Source of the DNA: Candidatus Hydrogenedentota bacterium
Lineage (GTDB): Bacteria; Hydrogenedentota; Hydrogenedentia; Hydrogenedentales; JAEUWI01
Assembly (NCBI GenBank): GCA_034669905.1
Contig: JAXMOL010000036.1
Span: 1 to 64,000 of the forward strand
DNA length: 64,000 nt
Direction of reading: 5' to 3'
Below are positions 39,639-49,758 of the stretch, in pieces. Positions within the stretch are counted from its first letter, which is position 1, and every line of letters begins with the position of its first letter. The notes beneath the pieces were generated by a model, which made no database searches, was not told the DNA's origin, and was given only the letters and a program-made list of their open reading frames with translations. Both the position numbers and the translations under genes were made by a program.

Positions 39639-39694
39639 GGGGGGCAAAGGGTAGCAATCCCCTCTCGCTTCATCACCACAAGGTGGCTCCCCCC

Positions 39695-42600
39695 CTAGTC
39701 CCTCATCACCACCACGCCGGCGACGCCCTGGGGTGGCAGGGAGCCCAACAAGACGGTTGCATCGTCGAGGGAATCCAAGGTCAGGGGCACTCCGTCCACG
39801 AGGGATGTGACGGACTTTCCGTCGGCATCGGGCAGGGCGAGCAAGGGCCCGGCAACGCTGCGGTCATTGGCGTTGTAGAGGGTGTAAAGGACGTTCCCGT
39901 CGTGGGGGAAGGCGTTGGCATAGACCCCCTCGGCCAGGGTGTCGATATGAGGCGTGGCATCGGCACTCCGGAAATACCGTCCAAATTTCTGGTAGATAGG
40001 GTAAAAGTCCCCCGCCTTTTCGCGGAAGCTTTCGCTGTACCACGAAGCTCCCCGCCCTTTGAGCCAGAGGCCCATGCCGTGGAAGAAGGCCAGCTTGAGG
40101 TCATCCTCTTCGGCGGGGATGGGCCGAATTCCGTGGGCCACCATTTCGAAGACGGGAATACTCGGCTGGAGATAGCGGTGCAGCGGGAGTTTGGTCGGTC
40201 CCATGGGATGCATGGTGTGTTTCATCCCCAGGCTAAAGGCACCATCGATGTAGGGCGTCATGGCGTCGCAGGGGATGTGCTCGATATAGATGGCGCACTC
40301 GGGCCGCACCTTGTCGAGTTCCGTGCGAATGCGCTTCAGCAGCGCGATTTCGGTTTGAATGGGGTTGGAGGGCACGGGATGGTCGTGGTTCGCCGACCAG
40401 CATTCCTTGCTCACGTCACAGATACCCAGTTGGTCCACGTAGACCGCATCCGCCTTGGAAACCCGGGCCACTTCGGCGATATCGGCGGCGAGGGCGTCCT
40501 GCCAGCCTTCGGCACCGGGACAGCAGAAGAACTCCATGTCACCCGGCCACCACGCCGGCTTGTTTCCGCCGCGAATGAGCTGCCATTCGGCAAGCCCCTG
40601 GGCGGCGTTTCGTGCCCGTTTGTCGAGGAGGTAGCCTTCAAAGTACAGGCCCACCTGCACCCCCTTGGCGTGGGAAGCACGGATGCCTTTGCCCAGCGCG
40701 TCGAGCCCGCCGAGATCGTTGGTCGTGTAGGTGCCTACCCGGCCCACGGCTTCATTGTAGGCCCAGCCCGAAATATCGACCATGTCCACCCCACCAAAGG
40801 CCCAGCGCGACTCGGCAATGAGCTTTTCAAAGGAGTAGGCCGGTTTCGCCACATCAAACAAATAGCTCGTGCCGCCCAGGGGATAGTCCCGACGACAGTA
40901 GAAGAGGTCGTCCATGGTATTGGGACGGCTCCGCGGAAAAGAACGGCGCACCCAGTCGCGATAGACTTCGAAGGGGCCATGCCAGTCGCCCTCATGGGGC
41001 AGCAGCACCGTCGTGGGCAGGGTATGGTGGGCACCGGGTACCAGTTCCAGCCGCCGGTAGGTGACCGCCATTTCGCTTTCACCCGACGCATCGTGGTTAA
41101 AAGAAAACCACTTTCGCTCGAGGCTGTCATCTTCCACGATACAGGCGAGGCCACCACCTGCGGTGCCATCATAGACATCCATCAGCTGATTGGGATAGCG
41201 CCCGCCGTAGACTTCCGACAGGGTCACGGGCCGGGTATCCATCATGGTGCTTCGGCCACCGAGCACATAGGCCGGAGCGCCTTCGTTGCCCACACGGAGG
41301 GAACGCAATTGGGGGAAGACGACATCGGGCTTCCAGGTCGTTTCTCCACGATTCGTCAGGGTGGCGGCACATTCCAGTCCCCCGTCTTTTCGAAGGCGGA
41401 GGGACACTTCACAGTGGAGGTCCCCTTCGCCCACTTGCCAGAGGACCACTAATTTGTCTTTCGTGGGCACCCGGAGGGCATCCAGGAAGGTGAGGGGCAG
41501 GACCGCATCTTCGTCCCCCATGATCTGAATAAGGGGCGTGCGGGCCTCGTGGATAATCTCCTGTCGGGCCTCACCCAGTTGCAGCCGGTGTACTACGCCC
41601 TGCCGGTCCATCACCAGGCGCAGGGAAGGCCCCTCGATAATCAGGGCATCCTCGGGTATGGTGCCAGTCGGCGCTGCTTTGACGAAGGCAGGCATGGGCG
41701 TTTCCTCTTCGACGGTAGCGTTGTTGTGGTCCACCCGGGAGGCCGCCAGCAGGACCACCTGGCCAAAGGACATCCCTTCGGTCAGCCGAATGGACGCTAA
41801 CTCGGCTCCCGGCCTTACCGGAACGGTATAGGCCCCTAAACCAGGTTGCAGTCCGGTTTTTCCGCTGTCCGCGTGACGGGGGAGCACTTCTTCCTTTTGA
41901 CCATCCGCATATACCAGGGTGACTTTAAACTGGTGGGCCAGGGGCGCATGACGCCGGGCCACGAAAGAGCCCTTGGAATACCAGGCCTGGCCACTTCCCC
42001 AGAGTCGGGTGGCACACAGGAATGCCAGGGTGTTGCCCGTGCCTGCAGCCTCCAAGGTCCATTCCCCCGAAGCATCGAGGGGCGATGGGACGGCGTGATT
42101 GCCCAACAGGAAGGGGTGCCCCCCCACCATGACCGCCCCGTGAAGCGCCGGGTCCAGCCCGTAAAATCGACGGACCGCCTCCTGTCCCACTTCGCCTTCC
42201 TGGGGCAAGGCCAAGGGCGTATAGGCCAGGGCTTCCTCAACGGGCACAATTACCGGAAGCGTCACGACCTCCGACTGGGGCTGGGCCAGAAAGGCCAGCT
42301 GATTCAGACGCAGCACGACCGGTTCATCGCCGCTCTGCACGGTAATGGTGATTTCCCCGACCCGTTCCAGGTTGTCTACGCCAGCCAGGTCGATGGTATC
42401 GATGTGCAGCCCCGCGGTGAACGTGCCACAGTCGTAGCGACCACCACTGGCCAGGGGATTCTCGGTATTGGTCGCACCCGGCGTTATGGGGCCCGTGGAG
42501 CCATCGAAGAGGCCAAAAGGCGGTGGCGCGTCGGCAGGCACCCCACCTTCGACGAAATAGGAGGCCGCCAGGGTGGCGAAGGGGTCCATCCAAAGGGGTT

Positions 42601-42835
42601 CGGTGGTCAGGGTCCATGCCATGGCGCGGTGGGGCTCAGTGATAACGAAGGCCAGCACCCCATCGACCTCGACAATCATCGCGTCGGGATCCGGGCTCTC
42701 CACCCGCCAGCCTTCCATCGCCCAACGGGCCTTGTCGACCCGGGCGAAATCGGTGCTGTGGCTGAGGAGCCGGTCGTCTGCCCAGCCGGGCAAGGTCAGG
42801 AGACAAAGCAAGAGAAAGGATAGTAAAGCGCGCAT
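39695..42835 (-). CDS. Large secreted putative glycoside hydrolase (DUF6259-like TIM barrel)
   Basis: Signal peptide; HEGDWH..FEVYRDW, GVQVGLYFEG, ADAVYVDQLG, HDHP. Confidence 0.6.
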   Translation of the reverse strand: MRALLSFLLLCLLTLPGWADDRLLSHSTDFARVDKARWAMEGWRVESPDPDAMIVEVDGVLAFVITEPHRAMAWTLTTEPLWMDPFATLAASYFVEGGVPADAPPPFGLFDGSTGPITPGATNTENPLASGGRYDCGTFTAGLHIDTIDLAGVDNLERVGEITITVQSGDEPVVLRLNQLAFLAQPQSEVVTLPVIVPVEEALAYTPLALPQEGEVGQEAVRRFYGLDPALHGAVMVGGHPFLLGNHAVPSPLDASGEWTLEAAGTGNTLAFLCATRLWGSGQAWYSKGSFVARRHAPLAHQFKVTLVYADGQKEEVLPRHADSGKTGLQPGLGAYTVPVRPGAELASIRLTEGMSFGQVVLLAASRVDHNNATVEEETPMPAFVKAAPTGTIPEDALIIEGPSLRLVMDRQGVVHRLQLGEARQEIIHEARTPLIQIMGDEDAVLPLTFLDALRVPTKDKLVVLWQVGEGDLHCEVSLRLRKDGGLECAATLTNRGETTWKPDVVFPQLRSLRVGNEGAPAYVLGGRSTMMDTRPVTLSEVYGGRYPNQLMDVYDGTAGGGLACIVEDDSLERKWFSFNHDASGESEMAVTYRRLELVPGAHHTLPTTVLLPHEGDWHGPFEVYRDWVRRSFPRSRPNTMDDLFYCRRDYPLGGTSYLFDVAKPAYSFEKLIAESRWAFGGVDMVDISGWAYNEAVGRVGTYTTNDLGGLDALGKGIRASHAKGVQVGLYFEGYLLDKRARNAAQGLAEWQLIRGGNKPAWWPGDMEFFCCPGAEGWQDALAADIAEVARVSKADAVYVDQLGICDVSKECWSANHDHPVPSNPIQTEIALLKRIRTELDKVRPECAIYIEHIPCDAMTPYIDGAFSLGMKHTMHPMGPTKLPLHRYLQPSIPVFEMVAHGIRPIPAEEDDLKLAFFHGMGLWLKGRGASWYSESFREKAGDFYPIYQKFGRYFRSADATPHIDTLAEGVYANAFPHDGNVLYTLYNANDRSVAGPLLALPDADGKSVTSLVDGVPLTLDSLDDATVLLGSLPPQGVAGVVVMRD

Positions 42836-42928
42836 GGATTATCCCGGTAAGGCCGCCATCAGTAGAACAATTGAGGGCCTCAGTCTACGGCATCCATCGC
42901 CTTGTTTTAAATGGGCAGCCTTGCCTGA

Positions 42929-43267
42929 TCAGGAATGCCTGCCCAGACGCTCCTGCTCGGCTTTCAAGGCCTCCTGGGCCGTGCGGTGATACACGATAGC
43001 ACTGGGCACAAAGAGTGCCCCCGCCAGCCAGCCCACGAAGAACGCCGGTCCCCACCAATAAATCCCGACGAACCAGCAGAAGAAGTTGGCAAAAAGACCC
43101 AGCGGCGTCGCCACCCAGGAAAACACCGCCCGATACCACCACGGCCCCTTGGGGGGACTGAGCAAGTGCATAGCCGCACGAAACTGGCGCTTCCACGTCC
43201 GCGCGAGGGGGCCGGGCCGATATTGCATGGCCGACGTATCGGCTATATAAATGGTATTGGTTTTCAT
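42929..43267 (-). CDS. Small hypothetical membrane protein
   Basis: Two hydrophobic helices; GGAG RBS; own promoter. Confidence 0.55.
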   Translation of the reverse strand: MKTNTIYIADTSAMQYRPGPLARTWKRQFRAAMHLLSPPKGPWWYRAVFSWVATPLGLFANFFCWFVGIYWWGPAFFVGWLAGALFVPSAIVYHRTAQEALKAEQERLGRHS

Positions 43268-43303
43268 GTTCACAACTCCGACAAATTACCAACCCATTGC
43301 CCA

Positions 43304-43338
43304 CATTCATTATGAATGGGGCACAAGAGATCTGTCAA
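43304..43338 (-). promoter_or_regulatory. Putative promoter with palindromic operator over -10
   Basis: Minus strand TTGACA (43338-43333) - 18 bp - CATAAT; palindrome CATTCAT-T-ATGAATG at 43304-43318. Confidence 0.45.
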
Positions 43339-43445
43339 CCGCTGACCCTATCCGGGGTGTAAATTCTTGCGCCGCAGGGTCGATGTAGCGTATATCATGC
43401 TCCACAGGTCCGTGATTCAACCATCACGACCGGAGCAATCACACG

Positions 43446-45185
43446 ATGATACGAATCCGCGCGGTCCAGGGGGGCTCCTTCCTCCTTTCGCAAGACCGCA
43501 TCGCCCAGGTGCAGGAGATTTTCCGGCACGCCTTCCCCGTTCCCGACATGGCGGGCTACGAAACCCGCATCCCCGAACTCCTCCGCGACCCCATAGAGCA
43601 GGGCTATCACTCCGCCCTCCTGATAGCGGAACGGGCCTTTGGTCGGGTCGAGGGCTTCGCCCTGGTCATCCAGTTTCCCCAGGCCGCCTGCGCCTTTCTG
43701 GACTTCATCGCCGTCCGCCCGGATGTACACGGCAGCGGTATTGGCGGCGCACTCTATGAAGCGACCCGGGAACATTGTCAGCAGATGGGCGCCAAGGGCC
43801 TCTATCTCGAGATTGACCCCGACGACCCTGCGGACAGTGTGGACCCCGAAAACCTGGACCAGGCCCGAAAGCGGGTCCGCTTTTACGAGCAATATGGCGT
43901 GCGCGTCATCAGTGGCACCGACTACGCCGTGCCGGTGGGTGACCCGCCCACCACGGCCTATCTTCTTTTTGATGGGCTGGGAGAATCGCAGCCCCTCTCC
44001 CGGGCTACCGCGCGGAAAGCGGTGGAAATGATTCTGACCCGTCGCTTTGGGCACATTGCCGACCCCAGCTACCGAAAGCGTATTGTAAACTCCTTCCGCG
44101 ACGACCCGGTGCAATTTCGACCGCGCCTGCGGGCCCGTCAGGAAGCGCCCCGCCAGGCGGTGGCCACGAAACGATTGGGCCAGCGCTTTGTCATGGTGGT
44201 CAGTCCGAAACATGAAATCCACCATGTGCGGGAGCGGGGTTACTTTGAACGGCCCGCACGGGTGAAAGCCATTGACGAGGTCTTAGGGGAAAGTGGCCTC
44301 TTCGAACGCCTCCGTCCCCGCGAGCACGGCGACAAAGCCATCCTGGCGGTCCACGACAACGATTTTGTCCAATTCCTGCGCACGGTGACTTCCAGGCTGA
44401 AGGATGGGCGCCCCTTCTATCCCGATACCTTTCCCATCCGTCGGCCCGACAAGAAACCCAAGCGCATCCCGGATCAGGCGGGCTATTACTGCATCGACAC
44501 CGGGACGCCCCTCCACCGCAATGCCTTCATCGCGGCGCGGGCCGCTTCGGATGCGGCGGTAACCGCCGCCGAAGAGATTCTGGCGGGGCGACGTCTGGCC
44601 TACGCGGCCTGTCGTCCCCCCGGTCACCACGCGGGGGCCAATTACTTCGGCGGTTTCTGCTACTTCAACAATGCGGCGATTGCTGCCCAGTTTCTCAGTC
44701 CCCATGGCCGTATTGCCATCCTGGATATCGATTTTCATCACGGCAATGGCACGCAAGACATCTTCTACGAGCGCAACGATGTATTGACCCTATCCGTTCA
44801 TGGCGACCCGGACTATGAATATCCTTTCTTCAGTGGCTTTGCCAACGAAACGGGGGCAGGCGCGGGAACCGGCTTCAATGTAAACTTTCCCCTGCCCCCC
44901 CAGACCGACGACGCGCGCTATCTCCGTACGTTTCGCCGGGCCTTGGAAAGTGTACGCGCTTTCAAGCCGGACATTCTCGTGGTCAGCCTCGGATTCGACA
45001 TCCTCCGCGGGGACCCCACAGGCTCCTTTGTCCTTACCCCGGGTATCTTCCGCACCCTGGGCGAGCAGCTCATGCAGACCCGCCTGCCGGTACTGGTAAT
45101 CCAGGAGGGCGGCTACAACGTGCGCAACATCAAGCGTGGCAGCCTGGAGTTCTTCCACGGCTGTGCCAAGGGCCTGAACGGATAA
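43446..45185 (+). CDS. GNAT acetyltransferase - histone deacetylase/acetylpolyamine amidohydrolase fusion
   Basis: GNAT motif A IAVRPDVHGSGIGGALY and RFYEQYG; HDAC motifs RPPGHHA, GFCYFNN, DIDFHHGNGT, SLGFD, QEGGY. Confidence 0.88.
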   Translation: MIRIRAVQGGSFLLSQDRIAQVQEIFRHAFPVPDMAGYETRIPELLRDPIEQGYHSALLIAERAFGRVEGFALVIQFPQAACAFLDFIAVRPDVHGSGIGGALYEATREHCQQMGAKGLYLEIDPDDPADSVDPENLDQARKRVRFYEQYGVRVISGTDYAVPVGDPPTTAYLLFDGLGESQPLSRATARKAVEMILTRRFGHIADPSYRKRIVNSFRDDPVQFRPRLRARQEAPRQAVATKRLGQRFVMVVSPKHEIHHVRERGYFERPARVKAIDEVLGESGLFERLRPREHGDKAILAVHDNDFVQFLRTVTSRLKDGRPFYPDTFPIRRPDKKPKRIPDQAGYYCIDTGTPLHRNAFIAARAASDAAVTAAEEILAGRRLAYAACRPPGHHAGANYFGGFCYFNNAAIAAQFLSPHGRIAILDIDFHHGNGTQDIFYERNDVLTLSVHGDPDYEYPFFSGFANETGAGAGTGFNVNFPLPPQTDDARYLRTFRRALESVRAFKPDILVVSLGFDILRGDPTGSFVLTPGIFRTLGEQLMQTRLPVLVIQEGGYNVRNIKRGSLEFFHGCAKGLNG

Positions 45186-45205
45186 GAGAATTCCAACAGC
45201 AACGA

Positions 45206-45233
45206 CCCTGTCACGACGGTTGTCGTGGCAGGG
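45206..45233. terminator. Hairpin between convergent genes
   Basis: CCCTGTCACGAC-GGTT-GTCGTGGCAGGG 12-bp stem; no clear U-tract. Confidence 0.4.
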
Positions 45234-45292
45234 CCGTATATTCATGCGCTCATGTCAACGAAAGTGGCTGGATAGCCGCCTTTCGGTCTGAC

Positions 45293-45976
45293 TCAGTCGA
45301 GTTCTTTCACCTTGATGTTCCGAAACCAGATCGGTGCACCGGCGTGCTTGCCCTGGAAGCCGATGCGTCCTTTGGTAGGCAGTTCCGCGGCGGGCTTGGA
45401 AAGCCACGGTGGAACGTCGGAGCCGTCGGGGTTCTTCTTGGCGGAGGTATACTTGCGCATATCCATGGACGCCACGTGCTCCCCATTCAGGACCACATCA
45501 ATCTGGCTGTCCTTACAGGTGATGGTGTAGCGGTTCCATTCACCCGCGGCCTTCCCGGCCTGTTTCGTCGGGGCCAGGTGACCAAAGATACCGCCGCAGC
45601 GCCAGTTGGGGGCGCCATCTTTCCACTTGTCGGCCTGGTCATCCTGAATCTGCACTTCGAGGGAGTTGGGGATCCAATTCTCGATGTCGCTGCAGTAAAT
45701 CGCCACACCACTGTTGGCCCCCGCCCCCATCTTAAACTCCAGGTCGAGGATGAAATTGTCATAGTCTCTCGCGCTCCAGATGGCTTGGTCTTCGCTCGCC
45801 GTGAAAACACCCTCCTCGGCCGTCCATACCCCATCGGGTTTTACCGCATCGGACAGATCGTCTTTAAAGAGGGGTGCCCAATCGCTTGTGTCCGGGTGGG
45901 CGTGTTTTTCGTGGTCATCTGCACTGGCCAGGCCACCGACGAGCAGCATGGTCATGAGGGCGGATAGAATCTTCAT
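45293..45976 (-). CDS. DUF1080 (3-keto-disaccharide hydrolase) family secreted protein
   Basis: Signal peptide; NFILDLEFK, ANSGV, EVQIQD, GEWN, GRIGFQ, WFRNIKVK. Confidence 0.85.
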   Translation of the reverse strand: MKILSALMTMLLVGGLASADDHEKHAHPDTSDWAPLFKDDLSDAVKPDGVWTAEEGVFTASEDQAIWSARDYDNFILDLEFKMGAGANSGVAIYCSDIENWIPNSLEVQIQDDQADKWKDGAPNWRCGGIFGHLAPTKQAGKAAGEWNRYTITCKDSQIDVVLNGEHVASMDMRKYTSAKKNPDGSDVPPWLSKPAAELPTKGRIGFQGKHAGAPIWFRNIKVKELD

Positions 45977-46073
45977 GGGAATTCTCCAATCACCGTTGGT
46001 CGTGAAGCGCCTTACGCGCAATCGCAAAATCGTAGCATAGCCCAATCATTTGGCGGGCGCAAGCACGCCAAAC

Positions 46074-46111
46074 AAAAAACGGCGTGGGTCGTACAAAGAC
46101 AACCCACGCCG
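46074..46111 (-). terminator. Intrinsic terminator after acetolactate synthase
   Basis: CGGCGTGGGT/ACCCACGCCG stem with A6 (U-tract on the minus strand). Confidence 0.65.
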
Positions 46112-46133
46112 AAGCATTCCTTCGACCGGTGGC

Positions 46134-47774
46134 TTAGATAAGAGCCGCCTTGTCGCGTAGTTCGTTGTTGAGAATGCGATCATTCTCCGTGTAGTCCACG
46201 GGGGCGTCGATGAGATGGACACCGGGACTGTTGAGACACTTCTCCAACAAGGGGACCAACTCGGCGGCGGCCGCGATACGGTGTCCATGGGCACCGTAGC
46301 TCTCGGCATATTTCACGAAGTCGGGATTCCCGTAGTCGAGACCATAGTTGGGGAATTCCATGTTGGCCTGTTTCCATTTGATCATGCCGTAGGCATCATC
46401 GCGAAGAATCAGCACTACCAGGTCCATGTTCAGGCGCACGGCCGTCTCGAGTTCCTGGGAGTTCATCATGAAGCCACCATCGCCACACACCGCGAGCACC
46501 TTCTTTTCAGGGAAGACCAGTCTCGCCGCCATGGCCGACGGGAGGCCGGCACCCATAGAGGCCAGGGCATTGTCTAACAAGACGGTATTGGGCTTGTGGG
46601 CCTTGTAGTTTCGTGCAAACCAAATCTTGTAGACCCCGTTGTCCAGGGCCACAATCCCGTCGGAAGGCATAACCTTACGTACATCGGCCACGAGGCGCTG
46701 TGGGTAAACCGGAAAGCGATCGTCGTCAGAACCTTCAAGGATACTCGCTTCCACATGCTCGCGCACGGTGGCAAAGCGGCTGAAGTCCCAGGTCGATTGG
46801 ACCTCGAGACCTTCCTTGATCTGCCAGATGCTGTTGGCAATATCGCCCACGACTTCCAACTGCGGAAAGTAGACCGGGTCCACCTTGGCAGAAATGAAGT
46901 TGATGTGGATTACTTTCCGGCCATCGTCCCCCATGAAGAACGGGGGTTTTTCCACCACATCGTGGCCCACGTTGATAATGAGGTCGGCGGCATCAATTGC
47001 ACGGTGCACAAAGTCGTTGGCCGAAAGGGCGGCGTTCCCCATGAAGAGGGGGTCGGTCTCATCAACCACGCCCTTGCCCATCTGGGTGGTAAAGAAGGGG
47101 ATGCCCGTCTTGTCGATAAACTCACGCAACATTTTGGACGTCAGCTTGCGGTTGGCCGCCGCACCGATGAGCAGCAAGGGACTCTTCGCTTCTTCAATCA
47201 TCTCGATGGCAAAACGAATGGCCTTGTCTTCTGCAGTTGGTCGGCGCACCCGGCTGATGGCCAGCAATGGCAGATCCGTATCTTCTGCGGCGACGTCTTC
47301 CGGCAATTCCAGGTGGGTGGCACCCGGACGTTCCTCTTCCGCCGTTCGAAAGGCTTCACGTACACGGGCAGGAATGTTGTTGCCGCTTACGAGTTGCTTG
47401 GTGAACTTCGTGATGGGACGCATCATATCGACGGCGTCAATAATCTGGAAGTGTCCCTGCTTACTTTTCTTAACGGGCTTCTGCCCCGTAATCATAACGA
47501 TTGGCATGGCACCCAGTTGGGCATACGCTGCCGAAGTCACGAGATTGGTCGCGCCCGGTCCGAGGGTACTCATGCAGACCCCGGCCTTTCCGGTAAGACG
47601 GCCATACGTAGCCGCCATAAAACCTGCTGCCTGCTCGTGACGGGTCAGGATAAGCTCGATACTCGAGTTCCGCAGCGAATCCAGCAGGTCAAGGTTTTCC
47701 TCACCCGGAATACCAAAGACGTACTCAACGCCTTCCGCTTCCAGCGCTCTAACAAACAGATCCGATGCTTTCAT
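46134..47774 (-). CDS. Acetolactate synthase large subunit-like ThDP enzyme
   Basis: FGIPGEEN, TRHEQ, GPGATN, GDGGFMMN; no adjacent small subunit. Confidence 0.9.
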   Translation of the reverse strand: MKASDLFVRALEAEGVEYVFGIPGEENLDLLDSLRNSSIELILTRHEQAAGFMAATYGRLTGKAGVCMSTLGPGATNLVTSAAYAQLGAMPIVMITGQKPVKKSKQGHFQIIDAVDMMRPITKFTKQLVSGNNIPARVREAFRTAEEERPGATHLELPEDVAAEDTDLPLLAISRVRRPTAEDKAIRFAIEMIEEAKSPLLLIGAAANRKLTSKMLREFIDKTGIPFFTTQMGKGVVDETDPLFMGNAALSANDFVHRAIDAADLIINVGHDVVEKPPFFMGDDGRKVIHINFISAKVDPVYFPQLEVVGDIANSIWQIKEGLEVQSTWDFSRFATVREHVEASILEGSDDDRFPVYPQRLVADVRKVMPSDGIVALDNGVYKIWFARNYKAHKPNTVLLDNALASMGAGLPSAMAARLVFPEKKVLAVCGDGGFMMNSQELETAVRLNMDLVVLILRDDAYGMIKWKQANMEFPNYGLDYGNPDFVKYAESYGAHGHRIAAAAELVPLLEKCLNSPGVHLIDAPVDYTENDRILNNELRDKAALI

Positions 47775-47995
47775 GATGGCTTCTCCTCCAGGCCATTGAG
47801 GTGGCGTCTAATATCACCATGTGACCACGCCATGCTTCTACACGTAACGGGAATGCAAACCACGGGCCGCGCCCGTATCACTCCCTTATCGCTCGACTCA
47901 GTGCGATGCCCGCCCACCATAGCAAAATGGACAGGCACGGGCAACCTATTGCGGGTGTTATTTGGATTTGTCTGCCAGCACCCGTTCAGATATAG

Positions 47996-48032
47996 AAAAC
48001 GCGCCAGCGACTTGTTACAGTCACTGGCGCGT
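47996..48032 (-). terminator. Intrinsic terminator after tRNA-Asp
   Basis: ACGCGCCAGTGACT/AGTCGCTGGCGCGT stem followed by a T-run on the minus strand. Confidence 0.75.
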
Positions 48033-48041
48033 GATTTCTAA

Positions 48042-48118
<77 letters not shown>

Positions 48119-48160
48119 GCATTTAAGAGGGCTGTGCGCTCCCCCCGTCAAGGGAGCCAT

Positions 48161-48231
48161 AATATAGCATTTTATTTTGGCCCCGTTCAAGCACTTTCTG
48201 AATTTTTTTTTATAAATCGGTAATTTTTTTT
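48161..48231 (-). promoter_or_regulatory. Putative tRNA promoter with UP element
   Basis: TTGAAC - 18 bp - TATATT with extended TG; A/T tracts upstream. Confidence 0.5.
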
Positions 48232-48240
48232 CGTACGGCC

Positions 48241-49677
48241 TTAAACACGCACCGCACCATCGGCATCAATGACCAAATCATCGGCAACGGGCCACGTCTT
48301 CCCCGCACTCTTGGCCACGAACTCCTCTTTCGTCAGGGCAAACAAGGGACTGATTTCAATGGCAATAGCGCTCTTACCCTCGGCGTTTCTTGGAACTGGC
48401 GAACCCGCCGCGTCGAGCCAGGCCGCCCAATAGTTGGTCATACTTTCACGGGCGGCTGTTACGGAGTTATCCCCTTCAAATTGTTTGGTGGGGGTGTATT
48501 CTCCAGGTGGGTCGATTTCGAGTGCTACGGGGTCATGATTGGCCATGCGCAGCGAATCAAACACGAAGGTCTCGAATTTGTAGCCGTTGGGATTTTCGGG
48601 AGAGACGGTCTTCCCCGACGTATCCAGGAACGGTATCTTTTTGTGGGCCAGGTGCCAGGGGAAGCTATCGAAGTTGTCATAGACGCGCTGCACAAAATCC
48701 ACCGAAAAAATGTGGATTGCCGGATTGCCCGCGTAATACACCACGTTGCCATCGGCGTCCGTCTCAAGCAACTGGGGATAGATGTCCAACTCGCTATACT
48801 CGATAACGTGGTACACCCCATCGCAAAGACAATGAACGCCCACCGCTTCCCGCGGCTTGTGTTTGCGGTGGTTCTTCGACGAAATCTCTGCATTGGCCTG
48901 AATGTGATAGCCAATGAAATAGGGGTCTGCTACCTTTACCGCCCAGTTGTCGACCTGAAAAAAGCACAGGGTATCAACGCCCCGCTTCCGCGCATCCGAC
49001 AGCACGTCGTGTTCGACCATGGCCTGAATACACCCGCCGTGTCCGTTGGGATTCATGGCGAGGTGGTCTTTTTCTTCCAGCATGAACTTGCCGTCGTCAT
49101 CCACGCAGGGCACCATGTGCTGCACGATAAAGTACACGTCTTCCGGCTTGAGGCCAAAGTAGTTGTTAGCAAGGAAAAAGGCTTCGGTGGCCGGACCGTT
49201 GGACTGGCTGACCATGATGTACCACGGCAACACGCAATCATAACGGCGCTGGAGATTCAGAATTTTCTCCGCGTGGTATTGAAACAGCGTTTTCTTCGTG
49301 AGCCCGCCAATCGGATAGGACCCCTTGGGCCCATCAAAACCGAGTCGGGTACCCTGGCCACCGGCTACGAGGAAAAGGCCCACGCGCCCGGCACGAAGTG
49401 CCTCCTCCCCCACGGCCAGCGCGGCCTGGGCATCGGGACGGTCCGGGTCAACAACAGGAATCACGGGCACGGGCTCAATTTTCTTGAACGATTCCGCGAC
49501 GGGAGTCTGCTTTACCCACGTTTCGACGAGTCGCTCCATAAGTGGAAAATCCACTTGGGCCAAATCTCCGAGGAGACGCTCTCTCCCGGCCGCGTCCAGT
49601 TCATCCCAGAAGCGGAAGACGTGTTCCTGCCCGAACTTGCTGGCGGTTTCACGAAGTGCTTGTTCATTGAGCTCCAT
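48241..49677 (-). CDS. UDP-N-acetylhexosamine pyrophosphorylase, eukaryotic UAP1/UDPGP type
   Basis: AGGQGTRLG..GPKG, PNGHGG, QVDN, IEYSEL, KFETFVFD. Confidence 0.88.
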   Translation of the reverse strand: MELNEQALRETASKFGQEHVFRFWDELDAAGRERLLGDLAQVDFPLMERLVETWVKQTPVAESFKKIEPVPVIPVVDPDRPDAQAALAVGEEALRAGRVGLFLVAGGQGTRLGFDGPKGSYPIGGLTKKTLFQYHAEKILNLQRRYDCVLPWYIMVSQSNGPATEAFFLANNYFGLKPEDVYFIVQHMVPCVDDDGKFMLEEKDHLAMNPNGHGGCIQAMVEHDVLSDARKRGVDTLCFFQVDNWAVKVADPYFIGYHIQANAEISSKNHRKHKPREAVGVHCLCDGVYHVIEYSELDIYPQLLETDADGNVVYYAGNPAIHIFSVDFVQRVYDNFDSFPWHLAHKKIPFLDTSGKTVSPENPNGYKFETFVFDSLRMANHDPVALEIDPPGEYTPTKQFEGDNSVTAARESMTNYWAAWLDAAGSPVPRNAEGKSAIAIEISPLFALTKEEFVAKSAGKTWPVADDLVIDADGAVRV

Positions 49678-49758
49678 ACGAATGCATACCCTTTCGTTCG
49701 TACTGCAATTCCAGTGTATTGACGATAAAACTAATGGGCCCCGTCCCACGACTGAATT

